A stretch of 64,000 bases of DNA, from positions 1,860,001 through 1,924,000 of the forward strand of contig CM102285.1 of the NCBI GenBank assembly GCA_046563655.1, given 5' to 3'. Origin of the DNA: Yuukianura sp. NJ FZ-2021 (Eukaryota). This document shows, in pieces, positions 1 through 17,978 of the stretch; position 1 is the first letter of the stretch; every line of letters begins with the position of its first letter. The position numbers and the translations under genes were made by a program. The notes below the pieces were generated by a model. The model saw nothing but the letters and a program-made list of their open reading frames with translations. It was not told where the DNA came from and did no database searches.

Positions 1-1878
1 TTTAGAACAAAACGAGAGAAGTTCTGAAAGTCTCTTGAATAGAACACTGACATCTGAATATCTGTGAACGGTGTTTAAATGTTGGAAAACGCCTAATATA
101 AATGTTGTAGGATATTTACGCTGTTCAATTATGCTGAGTTCGTCCATAGGAACTTTGATGTTTCGCAGTTCGTTTTTGTTGTAGTATACAAAAAAGCTGT
201 AGCAAAGAGACGACCGAGCTTCAGCGTATAAAAAATTTATGCAACTGAAACTTTCCGAGTTTCTGAAATGTACGATTCGCCGTAAAGCAGGATTCCCGGA
301 AACTTTAGTGGGGAGAGAATTGAAAGATGACACATTACCATGACGCCATTCTCTGCACTTGCAAGAAAATAGTGTCAAAAGTTCATACGTAGTAAAACTG
401 GTAGAGTTATTCCACGATTTAACAGTTCTTGTAGTGTGGTAGTAAGATTCTACGTCCATTATTATGACAAAACCTTCTAACTGACTGAATGTGTGGTAAA
501 TTTGTGTAAGGGGTTCCCGAGTAGTCAAGTAAGACACAACGACACCCTTGTATGCATTTGTCAGAATGACGCTCAACAGCATCCACAAAGTAATCACACA
601 AATTTGACGATTTTGGGCAATCTTTTGCTGCGGTTCGGTAGAAACTTCAACCAGACTAGAAAAAAATACTATACAAAAATCCAGTCCAATTGGAACAAAC
701 TTAAATCCAAAATTTGTTTGTGGAGTTTGGGCATGGATCACCCAAGCAACACATAATGTGAGTGAAACTCCTGTTGCCAATGCTGTGTACCAAGAGTATA
801 TGTCGTACGGTTTTGTATAGATTTCAAAACTAAGCGTGTCAGTGACACCGTCACAAGTCAAAAAAGTTATGTTCTCAATTCCAGTAGGAACAAAGTAATT
901 TGAATTCTCACTCGGCGCAAGAAAAGTTCCGATTGCCTCTGCTAGTTGTACCATACGTGATTTAAATCGATGTTTCGCTTCGTTCGATACAAAAATTTCA
1001 TCCTTGTCCAACAATAGTAACGGAATGTAGTGTTCCAGCGACAAGTCTTTTCCGTATGCATGGGCTTTGAACGGGTTCAAAATTTTACTTCCATCTACCA
1101 CTTTTACCATCCTTTTTATTAGTCTCTTTTTACTAGCTAAGGCAGGCGACCCCTTCGAAATTGGTCTAGTTGTGTGAAAGCCTTTCAACTCCAGCACTTC
1201 TGTTGTGTTCATTGGGCACCATACATAGTCTTCGTCCAAATATAATACTTCGGAGATCTCACATTCTATAAAACTTTTGAAATATTTGTAGCGCGAGGTC
1301 AGCTGATAAAAGAATACATCAATATTGCCCGGAAATACTGGGACGTGGACTGGGTAATGAGAGTCATTCTGCATGAAAATATGTACCGACATTCCCTGAA
1401 GTCTCTTCCGATTAGCCGAGTATTTCTCATTACCATAGTTTGAGTTAAAGCATGTTTTGAACGGAGCTTTATATTCGTGACGTACATACACACTATATGG
1501 AAAAATGAGAAAAATTTCTAAGGATTTTAGATTTCTTGAAAATTGCCAGTTGTTTACTACACTATCAGTAACGTGCCAGACATTCTTCACAATGCTACCC
1601 ACAAAAAAACTTTCACAGTTTCCTTGTTTGTGCCACATGTAGTACAACTTTATGGGAACAGCAAAACTTGATGTAATTTCAAATTGAGTGTTCTCGGCTA
1701 CTACCAAGTTGTCACTATATGGAAACTGGTCTATCAGTTTGTGAAGGTTCTGGATGTGGTATTGCGTTGAACTTGTTAAGGCAAGTAAATTCAAAATTAC
1801 TTTTCCAACAACCCAAATAGACAACATAGTTTCTAGAAAAAACGTTGAATTTGGGGTGAATTTGTGTTGGTTTGAAAG
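1..1878 (-). CDS. Divergent ionotropic receptor (IR/iGluR-related chemoreceptor)-like protein, intronless here, 3' end beyond window start
   Basis: Manual translation gives a stop-free minus-strand frame from 1878 to base 1 (first ATG 1827, 609 codons in the window). It is absent from the ORF track because it has no stop inside the window. It contains ITFLTCDG-x3-TLSFEIYTKPYDIYSW plus a hydrophobic M1, FSSLVEV (pore-like), and LWMLLSVILTNAYKGVVVSYLT (M2), the typical divergent-IR pattern. ORF 2197-1715 in another frame may be its N-terminus. Confidence 0.75.
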
Positions 1879-2311
1879 TTAAAATTTTGCTAAATATTTT
1901 TCTGCTACTAGTGCAAAAGCATTGTGTTAGGTCGAAAGAAAGGCAAAACTCAGAAAGAGCATAGCTTATACTATTTGCGGACTTTATGTAAATTTCTTTT
2001 GTTGTGTTTCGTAAAACAGTAATCATAAAGCTTTGTTCAAACACAGTGCGCTCATGCAATAGTGAAACGGCTAGCCATTTTGGCTGCAAAATCCTCCTGT
2101 AAACATGTTGACTAGTGAAATTTTTAATAACTTGAAAATCGAAATTGTTCTGCACGAGATGGTTTTGTCTGAGGGAATGCAAGAAAAGAAAGTCCATAAC
2201 ACAGCTAAAACTCTAAAAAAAAAGGGGATAAAACAGGAAAAAATTAGTACGCAGTTTCACTAAACACTTTTTTGAAGCATTTTCTGTCTTTCAGTTGACA
2301 GGCTTGTGATT

Positions 2312-3249
2312 TTATTGGTTCTTCCAAATGAATGAGTATCGTTCGTATTTTGGATGGTCGTTTGGAAATTTATCGATTTTAGTTTTCATAAAATCTCCAA
2401 CTCTTGGTAGCGCTTCAACACGGTTCACGTAACTGGCCAAATTCGGGTATGGAGTAACATCTCCCTTCTTCAAATAGGACCTGAGTGTGTGCAGCAAGTC
2501 GTACATGCAGAAATCGGCATACGTCAACCGACTGCCAGCAACCCAGTTATGGTTTCCAAGAAATTTTGAAAGTCGCGCCATCTGAACTGGCAGATTTTCT
2601 TGAAAACCTTTCAGCAGACCTTTTTGCACTTCGGTTGGATTTTGGATTCCTTCTGGCAGATAGACGATTCCGTAAAAGCCCTCGTAGATGTCCGAAATTT
2701 GTTGTAGAATGAGCGTAATGCGTAGTCGCTCGGCTGGAGTTTCACCATCCAAGTTATGTTGTTGAGCCAAGTACAGCAAGATGGCTCTCGACTAAAGAAT
2801 GGTAAGAGAAAAAAGTGTAACTTTAGAAATTTTGGAATCAAAAGATAAACATTTTTTATTACTTACTTGAGTCAGTTTAACATCACCGTCAATCAAGTAT
2901 GGTAAATTTGGAAAATCCAAAACTTCCGCCATTTTGCTTTTGTCCTTTTCAAACCATTCCGCCGTATTCATAAGATCGTACTCCTTATATTCATATGGAG
3001 CATCAGCATAAGCCATCAGAAGTCGGATTGGCACTGAAAGGCCTGGGATATTCCAGTACCTATGATTTCAAAAAACATGATGTTCAAAATTTCAAAAAAA
3101 AACGCAAATTTTACAAATATTCAGAAAAAAAATTCTTTAGTTCAAAATATTGTAATTGTATCAGATATAATCGGCAGAAAACATTTTTTTTGTTTAAATA
3201 TTTTTTGGAAAGAAAAAATTAGAATATTTTACACTAAAGTTGGTGCCAT
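2312..3249 (-). CDS. GSTM: Glutathione S-transferase, Mu-class-like (copy 1), 3 exons: 3249-3233, 3059-2867, 2791-2312
   Basis: Spliced product MAPTLVYWNIPGLSVPIRLLMAY...[25 protein letters not shown]...LTYADF. The [10 protein letters not shown] and TQS-AIL-Y motifs are Mu-class signatures, and the GT-AG introns keep the frame. Confidence 0.92.
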
Positions 3250-3654
3250 AATGAACAGTGTTTTCTGATTCCTAAAATTCCAACTATATTGGACGATTCC
3301 AAAAAAAAGTCAGATGTTTTGCCGCAGAATGAACAAAAATAGGGGCTTTGTGTCTTTACTTGGCACTTCCCGTCACTCCTCCAAAACTTTTTGAAGAGTA
3401 AATGCTTTGGTCTAAACTGTACAAAATATATATAGCAAGAAAAAACGACAGACGCCAAGGACATTTTTTTTGCTGCTGAATTTGAACCACTTGACATTAG
3501 ACAATCGTGAAGGTTGATAACATAGTAACAAAGAGGTTAACACTTTAAAGTAATAAAAATAGTGACGCCGAGGAGCCAAAGAATATTCGAGACAACGAAA
3601 ACAAAATTTTATTAACTTATTCTCACTTTGCCATATTTGAGAATGTAATACGGA

Positions 3655-3999
3655 GAGATGTCAAAAATATTTACAGAAGACATTGTAAAATACAAACTAA
3701 AAACCTCAGCCTTTTCTCCACTCCCTCCAATGAGGCCTCCTTTAAGTTTTGTGTGAGGACCCATGAGAGGGAGTGGAGAAAAGAATGAGGTTTTTAGTTT
3801 GTATTTTACAATGTCTTCTGTAGTATCAACGCGACTAACAAAATGTTTCCCGCTTTACATACTTCAGCAAATAAGTTAACTGAGCAAATAAATTTGCCCA
3901 TGCCTTTAATGTTAAATACCAGTAAGTAAGGTAATTTCCCCTCAAACGAATTTTTTTTAGCATTTTGTGAATTTTTAGCACATATTTTTGACAACCCTG
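3655..3999. mobile_element. Dispersed non-autonomous TIR element (hAT-like ends, CAGGGTTGTCAAAAATAT), interrupted by a smaller MITE
   Basis: Left end agatgtcaaaaatatt, right end ttttagcacatatttttgacaaccctg. Related ends occur at ~6105-6130, 26722-26918 and ~30440-30585. Confidence 0.5.
3672..3822. mobile_element. ~150-bp foldback MITE, TA-flanked (Tc1/mariner-type)
   Basis: TA-cagaagacattgtaaaatacaaactaaaaacctca...tgaggtttttagtttgtattttacaatgtcttctg-TA: near-perfect inverted arms of ~55 bp. Confidence 0.75.
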
Positions 4000-4149
4000 A
4001 TAACAAGAAATAGCGAATAGCCGCTTAAGACAGACAAGGAAACCCAACATTTCATTAGTATAGTATGTTTTTAAAATAGGCGTTTAGTTTTTAGCGTTCA
4101 TAAAACTAAAGAAATTCCTAGACTTTTGTTAGAATTTAAACATGTGATT

Positions 4150-5066
4150 TTATTGGTTCTTCCAAATGAATGAGTATCTTTCATATTTAGGATGGTCGTT
4201 TGGGAGTTTATCGATTTTAGTTTTCATACAATCTCCGACTCTTGGAAGTGCCTCAACGCGGGACATGTAGCTGACCAAATTCGGGTGAGTTGAAATATTC
4301 GAATTCTTCAAATACGAATTCAGCGTGGCCAGTAAGTCGTATAGAACGAAGTCAGCATAGGTCAGCCGACTGCCAACAACCCACTTGTTGGCTCCAAGAA
4401 ATTTTGAAAGTCGCGCCATTTGAATTGGCAAATTTTCCTGGAATTCCTTTAGAAGTCCGTTTTGCACTTCAGTTGGATTTTGAATTCCCTCTGGCGGATA
4501 GACGATTTCGTAAAAGCTGCGCTTGATGTCCGAAATTTGATCCAAAATCACCGTGATACGTACTCGCTCGGCTGGAGTTTCACCGTCCAAGTTATGTTGT
4601 TGAGCTAAGTACAGCAAAATGGCCCTCGACTAAAAATTCAAAATTTCACAAAATTTAGAAATTCAAAATTTCTTATAAAAAAAATTATTTTTTTTATTTC
4701 TTACTTGAGTCAGTTTCACATCGCCGTCAATCAAGTATGGTAAATTTGGAAAATCAAAAACTTCCGCCATTTTGCTTTTGTCCTTTTCGTACCATTCAGC
4801 TCGATTCAGAAGATCGTACTCCTTGTACTCATATGGAGCATCAGCATAAGCCAGCAGAAGTCGAATTGGCACTGCAAGACCTCTGATATTCCAGTACCTA
4901 TTTTTCAAGAAAAAATATTTTTTCAAAATTCTGAAAACATTTTTGAATTCAAACTAGGCCCAAAAATCCAGTGTTTTTCCAGACAAAATTGATGAAGTAC
5001 AAGAAAAACTCGTTTGAATAGTTTTAACAGAAAAATCAAAGTATCTTACACTAAAGTTGGTGCCAT
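4150..5066 (-). CDS. GSTM: Glutathione S-transferase, Mu-class-like (copy 2), 3 exons
   Basis: MAPTLV/YWNIRGLAVPIRLLLAY...[25 protein letters not shown]; same intron positions as copy 1. Confidence 0.93.
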
Positions 5067-5540
5067 TTTTCACAGTTTCTTCTGTTTAGCGAATCTTCAA
5101 CTAAATTGAAAAAATCAGAAGTTCGTTGCAAAATGGACCAAAGTAAATGCTTCTGACTTCTACTTCACGCTCCTCCAATACTTTTTGAACTGGAAGTGCT
5201 CTAAACTTTGCGGCATATATATAGTATGAAAAACGACCGGCGCCAAGGACGAAATGATTTTCTTTAAATTAACTTGGCATTAGCTAATCTTGAAGGGTGA
5301 TAAACTTAATAAGTAAGAAGTACGGTTTAGCAATAGAAAAAATGAAAATGAGATATCAAAGAACATTCTAGCTTTTAAGCAAATGATGTTGCATCATTTA
5401 TTTTGACTCATTACTAAATTTGTCTGGGTCAGAAGGGTGTCCCATGTTTTTTTTTCGTTTTTTATTGAGTTAAATTTTCCGTCATTTTAAATCCAATTTC
5501 CAAAAAAAATTTCCCAAGTGCTACTGGCGCAAGAGACTTG

Positions 5541-5830
5541 CACCAAAATGTTGGCACGAATGGTGGGATCACGTTTTGGTGGAGCGTTCATGTGAAATTG
5601 CAAAACCGAAACATTTGAAGTTGAAGTTGAGAAACACGAATTTTTCACTTTTTCAAGAGTTTCAAACAGCTCTGAATTTTGTTTCATATTTCACTTTTCC
5701 AAGAATTTCAAACAACTCTGAAGAAAATTTTCCCTGGAGCTTCTGCCGCCTCGGGCTTACACCAAAATGTTGGCACGCTTGGTGGGATCACGTTTTGGTG
5801 GGTTTCATTGAAGCGTTTATGTGAAATTTA
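5541..5830. repeat. Two direct copies (~60-70 bp, at ~5541 and ~5760) of a hairpin-forming unit
   Basis: caccaaaatgttggcacg..tggtgggatcacgttttggtg occurs twice; each copy has inverted ends (caccaaaa.gt / ac.ttttggtg). Confidence 0.6.
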
Positions 5831-6412
5831 AAAACTTGGTGTTTAGATATACGAATTTGCAGATATTTCAAATCCAATTTTGGAAATTCATTTTCCAAGA
5901 CCAACAGCCATGGTGGAGTATTGTACTGAGACAATTTTTGAAGCAAAAAGTGGAACACCACATGAATTACCATGTTTAAATTCAATTGCCGTAGTCACTG
6001 ACAGTCAACTAAACAAATAAATTTGCCCATGGCTTTAATGTAAAATACCAGTAAGTAAGGTAGTTTCCCCCCAACAAAATTTTTTTCATAGTATTTCGTG
6101 AATTTTTAGCACATAATTTTGACAACCCTGATAATAAGTAATAAGAAACGCAGCACGCTTAGTGGGGCCTCGCCTAGAACTATCACATCGTGAACACTAA
6201 TTTAAAATTTCAGTCAGTTTAAAAGAATTCCATTTCGTCTTTTGAACAATATCAACCTCAGCTACGATAAGGAATAGCCGCTTACAGACAGACAATTGAA
6301 ACAAAACATTCCATTAGTATAATATATTTTAAAAATAGGCGTTTAGTTTTTAGCGTACAGACAACCGAAAAAAATGTCTAGTCTAGACTAGAGTTTGAAC
6401 ATTGAAGTGATT

Positions 6413-7341
6413 TTATTGGTTCTTCCAAATGAATGAGTAGCTTTCATATTTAGGATGGTCGCTTGGGAGTTTATCGATTTTAGTTCTCATACAATCTCCG
6501 ACTCTTGGAAGGGCCTCGACCCGGGTCATGTAGCTGACCAAATTCGAGTGAGTTGAAATATGTGAATTCTTCAAATACGAATTCAGCATGGCCAACAAGT
6601 CGTAGAGAACAAAGTCAGCATAGGTCAACCGACTGCCAACAACCCAATTGTTCTGTCCAAGAAATTTTGAAAGTCGTGCCATTTGAACTGGCAGATTTTC
6701 CTGGAAATCTTTTAGCAGAGCTTTTTGCACCTCAATTAGATTTTGGACTCCTTCTGGCGGATAAACGATTTCGTAAAAACTGCGTTTGATGTCCGAAATT
6801 TGATCCAAAATGAGCGTGATACGCACTCGCTCGGCGGGAGTTTCACCATCCAAGTTATGTTTTTGAGCCAAGTACAGCAAGATAGCCATCGACTAAAAAA
6901 ATGGCAATCCAAAAAAGTGTAATCTCAGTAATTTAAAATTTCGAATAAGAAGAAAAAATTTATTTTGATTTCTTACTTGAGTCAGTTTCACATCGCCGTC
7001 AATCAAGTATGGTAAATTCGGAAAGTCAAAAACTTCCGCCATTTTGCTTTTGTCCTTTTCGTACCATTCTGCTGGATTCAGAATATCGTATTCCTTGTAT
7101 TCATATGGAGCGTCAGCATAAGCCAGCAGCAGTCGAATTGACACTTGACCTCTGATGTTCCAGTACCTTTTTTTTTTGTAAAAAAATAGTTTTCAAAATT
7201 TTGGCAATAATTTTACGAGGAAAACTAGATTAAAAAATCCTCGGTTATTCCAGAGACATAAACTAGACGAAGTAGAAGAAGCAATTGTTTGAATAGTTTT
7301 AATAGAAAAATCAAAATATCTTACACTAAAGTTGGTGCCAT
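6413..7341 (-). CDS. GSTM: Glutathione S-transferase, Mu-class-like (copy 3), 3 exons
   Basis: MAPTLV/YWNIRGQVSIRLLLAY...[10 protein letters not shown]; closely similar to copy 2, with a one-codon in-frame deletion in the N-terminal motif. Confidence 0.9.
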
Positions 7342-8019
7342 TTTTTTTACAGTTTCTTCTGTTCAGTGAATCTTCAACTGTATTGTGTGGATCAGAAGTT
7401 TCGTTAAAAAATGGACAGAAGTAAGTGCTTCTGGCTTCTACTTGACACGCCTCCACTACTTTTTGAACTGAAAGTGCTCTAAACTTAGCGGCATATACAT
7501 ATACATTCATATACATGAATTACCATGTTTAACTTCAATTGCTGTAGTCACAGACAGTGACAACTGCATACATGCGCATTAGAAAATTTTGTGTTAAGCT
7601 TAAGCTCAGGATGATCTCGCAATCCCAGCAACAGCAACTTCCTGTTCCTCTTTACAGATCAGCCAAAAACTACACAATTGCTCCTAACCATAAAGCTTTT
7701 TGTAACCAACGAGCCAGAGTATGACATTTCTTTTAGGTTACACGTACAAAGTAACCTAACAAAAAAATTTGGGGGTCGATGACTCATATGAAAATGAAAC
7801 TCGGCAAAGTTTCAGTTTGCTTCCAAGTTTTCTCATTCTGAAACAGACTTATATCCACACCATCCCCTATTTCTTCATCCCTCACGACAGACTTCTTATT
7901 TGTCTTTTGTTCAATTTGAAAAATTCGAAAAACAGAAAACACAATTCAAAAACTTGAAATTTTTTTTTTTTTGAGTTTATTGAAAGTTATACGTTGTTAG
8001 TTTTTTGTGTGTGTCCAGA

Positions 8020-8704
8020 ATGGGCAAACATGAATTTGACTTATACGCTTCAACGAAAACAACTGCTCAACTGATTTTGGATTTGGCAGCGGCCGTTTCA
8101 CATTCTTTTACGTTAATTGTTTTGCTTCAAATGGGAACTGGACACCGTGACACAAAATGGGAGGCTTTGTTCTACCTCGTGTGTGTTACAATTGGCATTC
8201 AAGTAAGTTTAAACTTAACTGAGCAACTCAACTATCCTAAACTTAAGTAAAATAAAATTTAGTCTAACAAACTCAAGTTTAACATAAACACTCTGAAAAA
8301 GCTTAAGTCCAGTTTGTGCATGTGCTCTGCATGGCTCGATTCACCATGAAACTACAATTATTTATATTTTTTTTTTTTTTCAAAAAAACTTGTAGAAGAG
8401 GACTTCTTGACTTGGTTTTATGAATTGGATATTGAACTAATATGTTTTTGATCCTTTTGCATTGTAGGTCGTGTTGGCTATTGGACTTTTCTTCCTGCGT
8501 CTGATGGCACTAAACCACGGACATGGTCAGATTCCAACAGCAGCGAGATACTTGAACAACATATTTTTCTGGGCATGTCTACTCGTGGCTCTTCTGGAAG
8601 TGGCAATTGCCGGAATTGAAAAATTGGCGCTAGACAAGAAACATGGAGGCCATTGCACTCAACCTTCTTTAGAGCAGACGGCTGCAAATGACATTTCAGA
8701 ATAA
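8020..8704 (+). CDS. Ninjurin-like two-TM protein (divergent), exons 8020-8202 and 8468-8704
   Basis: YASTKTTAQLILDLA resembles ninjurin YAxKKxxAxxMLDxA; TM1 LFYLVCVTIGIQ/VVLAIGLFFL; YLNN then TM2 IFFWACLLVALLEVAIAGI; phase-0 GT-AG intron. Confidence 0.72.
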
Positions 8705-9115
8705 TTTTGACCTCTTACAGCTAGGAAATTGCATCACACTATGCATGTGCACCCACCGACAACATTTTACTAACTTAATATTAAGCTAAGTTTTTAATTT
8801 TGCAAAAACGATAGGACATCAGCGAGAAAATTTTTTTTTTACAATGCAACAGTGAAAATTCAACTTTGTTGCAAAAATGGTGTCGAATTTTCAAAATTTT
8901 TCAAAAAGTAAGGTACACGTGAGCTAATTTTAAAGTCAAATTCGACCCTCAGGGTTTGAAAATCCTGTTATAAGCTTAAGGTTTTTCTAAAATTCAGAAA
9001 GGCTTGAAATAAAAACCTCTTCAATTTGTAAACTTTCTACCCAGTACATACCTCGAGTTAGGTAAAAATTCTAAAAATAACAAAGCGGACACATTTTATA
9101 GTTTCAAATACCGCA

Positions 9116-9725
9116 ATGAACCAAGTAAATTTGACTTTTGCCGCCATTTGCTTCTTTGTTTGTGTTATGGCCGTGGATGGTTCATGGCTTCACGGCTACA
9201 GTACTACTCAAACCGTCGGTCGTCCATTGTATCCAACAGATTTCTCACAGCCACCGACAGAATTGTCCCTGGAGCGGGACTATATACAAGATGACAAGGA
9301 AGGCCACGTATCTTTTTTGGTAAATTCCAAATTTTGAAAGTTAAGTCTTGAAATTTTGAAATTTTCATTTTTTTTTAAATTGTGCTTAATAATTGCCACT
9401 TTGCTAGGTACCCAACCCGTGGTTTGGAATTCTACCGCTGTCTTTAGAGGGCAAAGTTATTGTCCTTGTAGGAGCCGCAGTCATTTGTACCACCATTTGG
9501 GCCATTTTCTTCGTTTTTTTCAAAATTGCAAAAATTGCGATTCATTTAAGAAACGAGTATATTAGCAACCCCCTGCATAAGTCAACGGCATTTCAAGATG
9601 TGAACGGGTCAAGCAGGTCATTGACCTCAGCCAATTTAGAAAATCTTAGTTTAATTAGCTCTGTTCTTCTAGCACTGGAAAAGTATGAACCAAACCTTTT
9701 CAAAAATAATGCAAAAATGACTTAA
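9116..9725 (+). CDS. Uncharacterised single-pass membrane protein (~169 aa), exons 9116-9307 and 9408-9725
   Basis: Signal peptide MNQVNLTFAAICFFVCVMAVDG. Exon 2 is open for 105 codons with TM VIVLVGAAVICTTIWAIFFVFF and a C-terminal RSL...SSVLLALEKY segment. Confidence 0.6.
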
Positions 9726-10124
9726 ATTTCCCCATAACTTGTTAAAGTTAGTCATACGGCCAGTTTTTAGTTTAGTTTAGTTTCTGGTGTTTAATAACAA
9801 TAATATTTCAAACCACGAGTTTCATTAGTTTCAAAATTATATTAAAAATATATTATGTTATTTTGCATGCTCATTGTATAATTTTGAATTGGAGCTTTAC
9901 ACAGCTTCAGATTTCAAAAACATTGGCGTTGCGCGGTTGAAATGGGAGTATAGCTTTCTCCACAGATTTTTCTGCACCGCCACTGGAGATTCTCCAGTCG
10001 GGAGATATACCAAGGGAAAGTGGTTAGAGTTGGAGAAAGTTTGTGCAAAATATCAAAAAAATTTTGTTTAGAAAAAAACAACTTTAAATGCAGAGTGGCG
10101 TGACCTAGGTCAAGATCCAGCGAC

Positions 10125-17800
<7,676 letters not shown>

Positions 17801-17978
17801 AACGGGTTAGGTTAGTAAAAATCTAGAAAACTATTCAGCAAATATGCGAATAAATAATCGTTCCATTAACTTTAATTTGAAAAGTAGCTAAGAATTCCCA
17901 CGAAGAATGGCGGGACACGTTTCAAATGAGCTAAAATTATAAGTTACTCGTTTACCTAAAATATCGTTGTGTAAGAAA

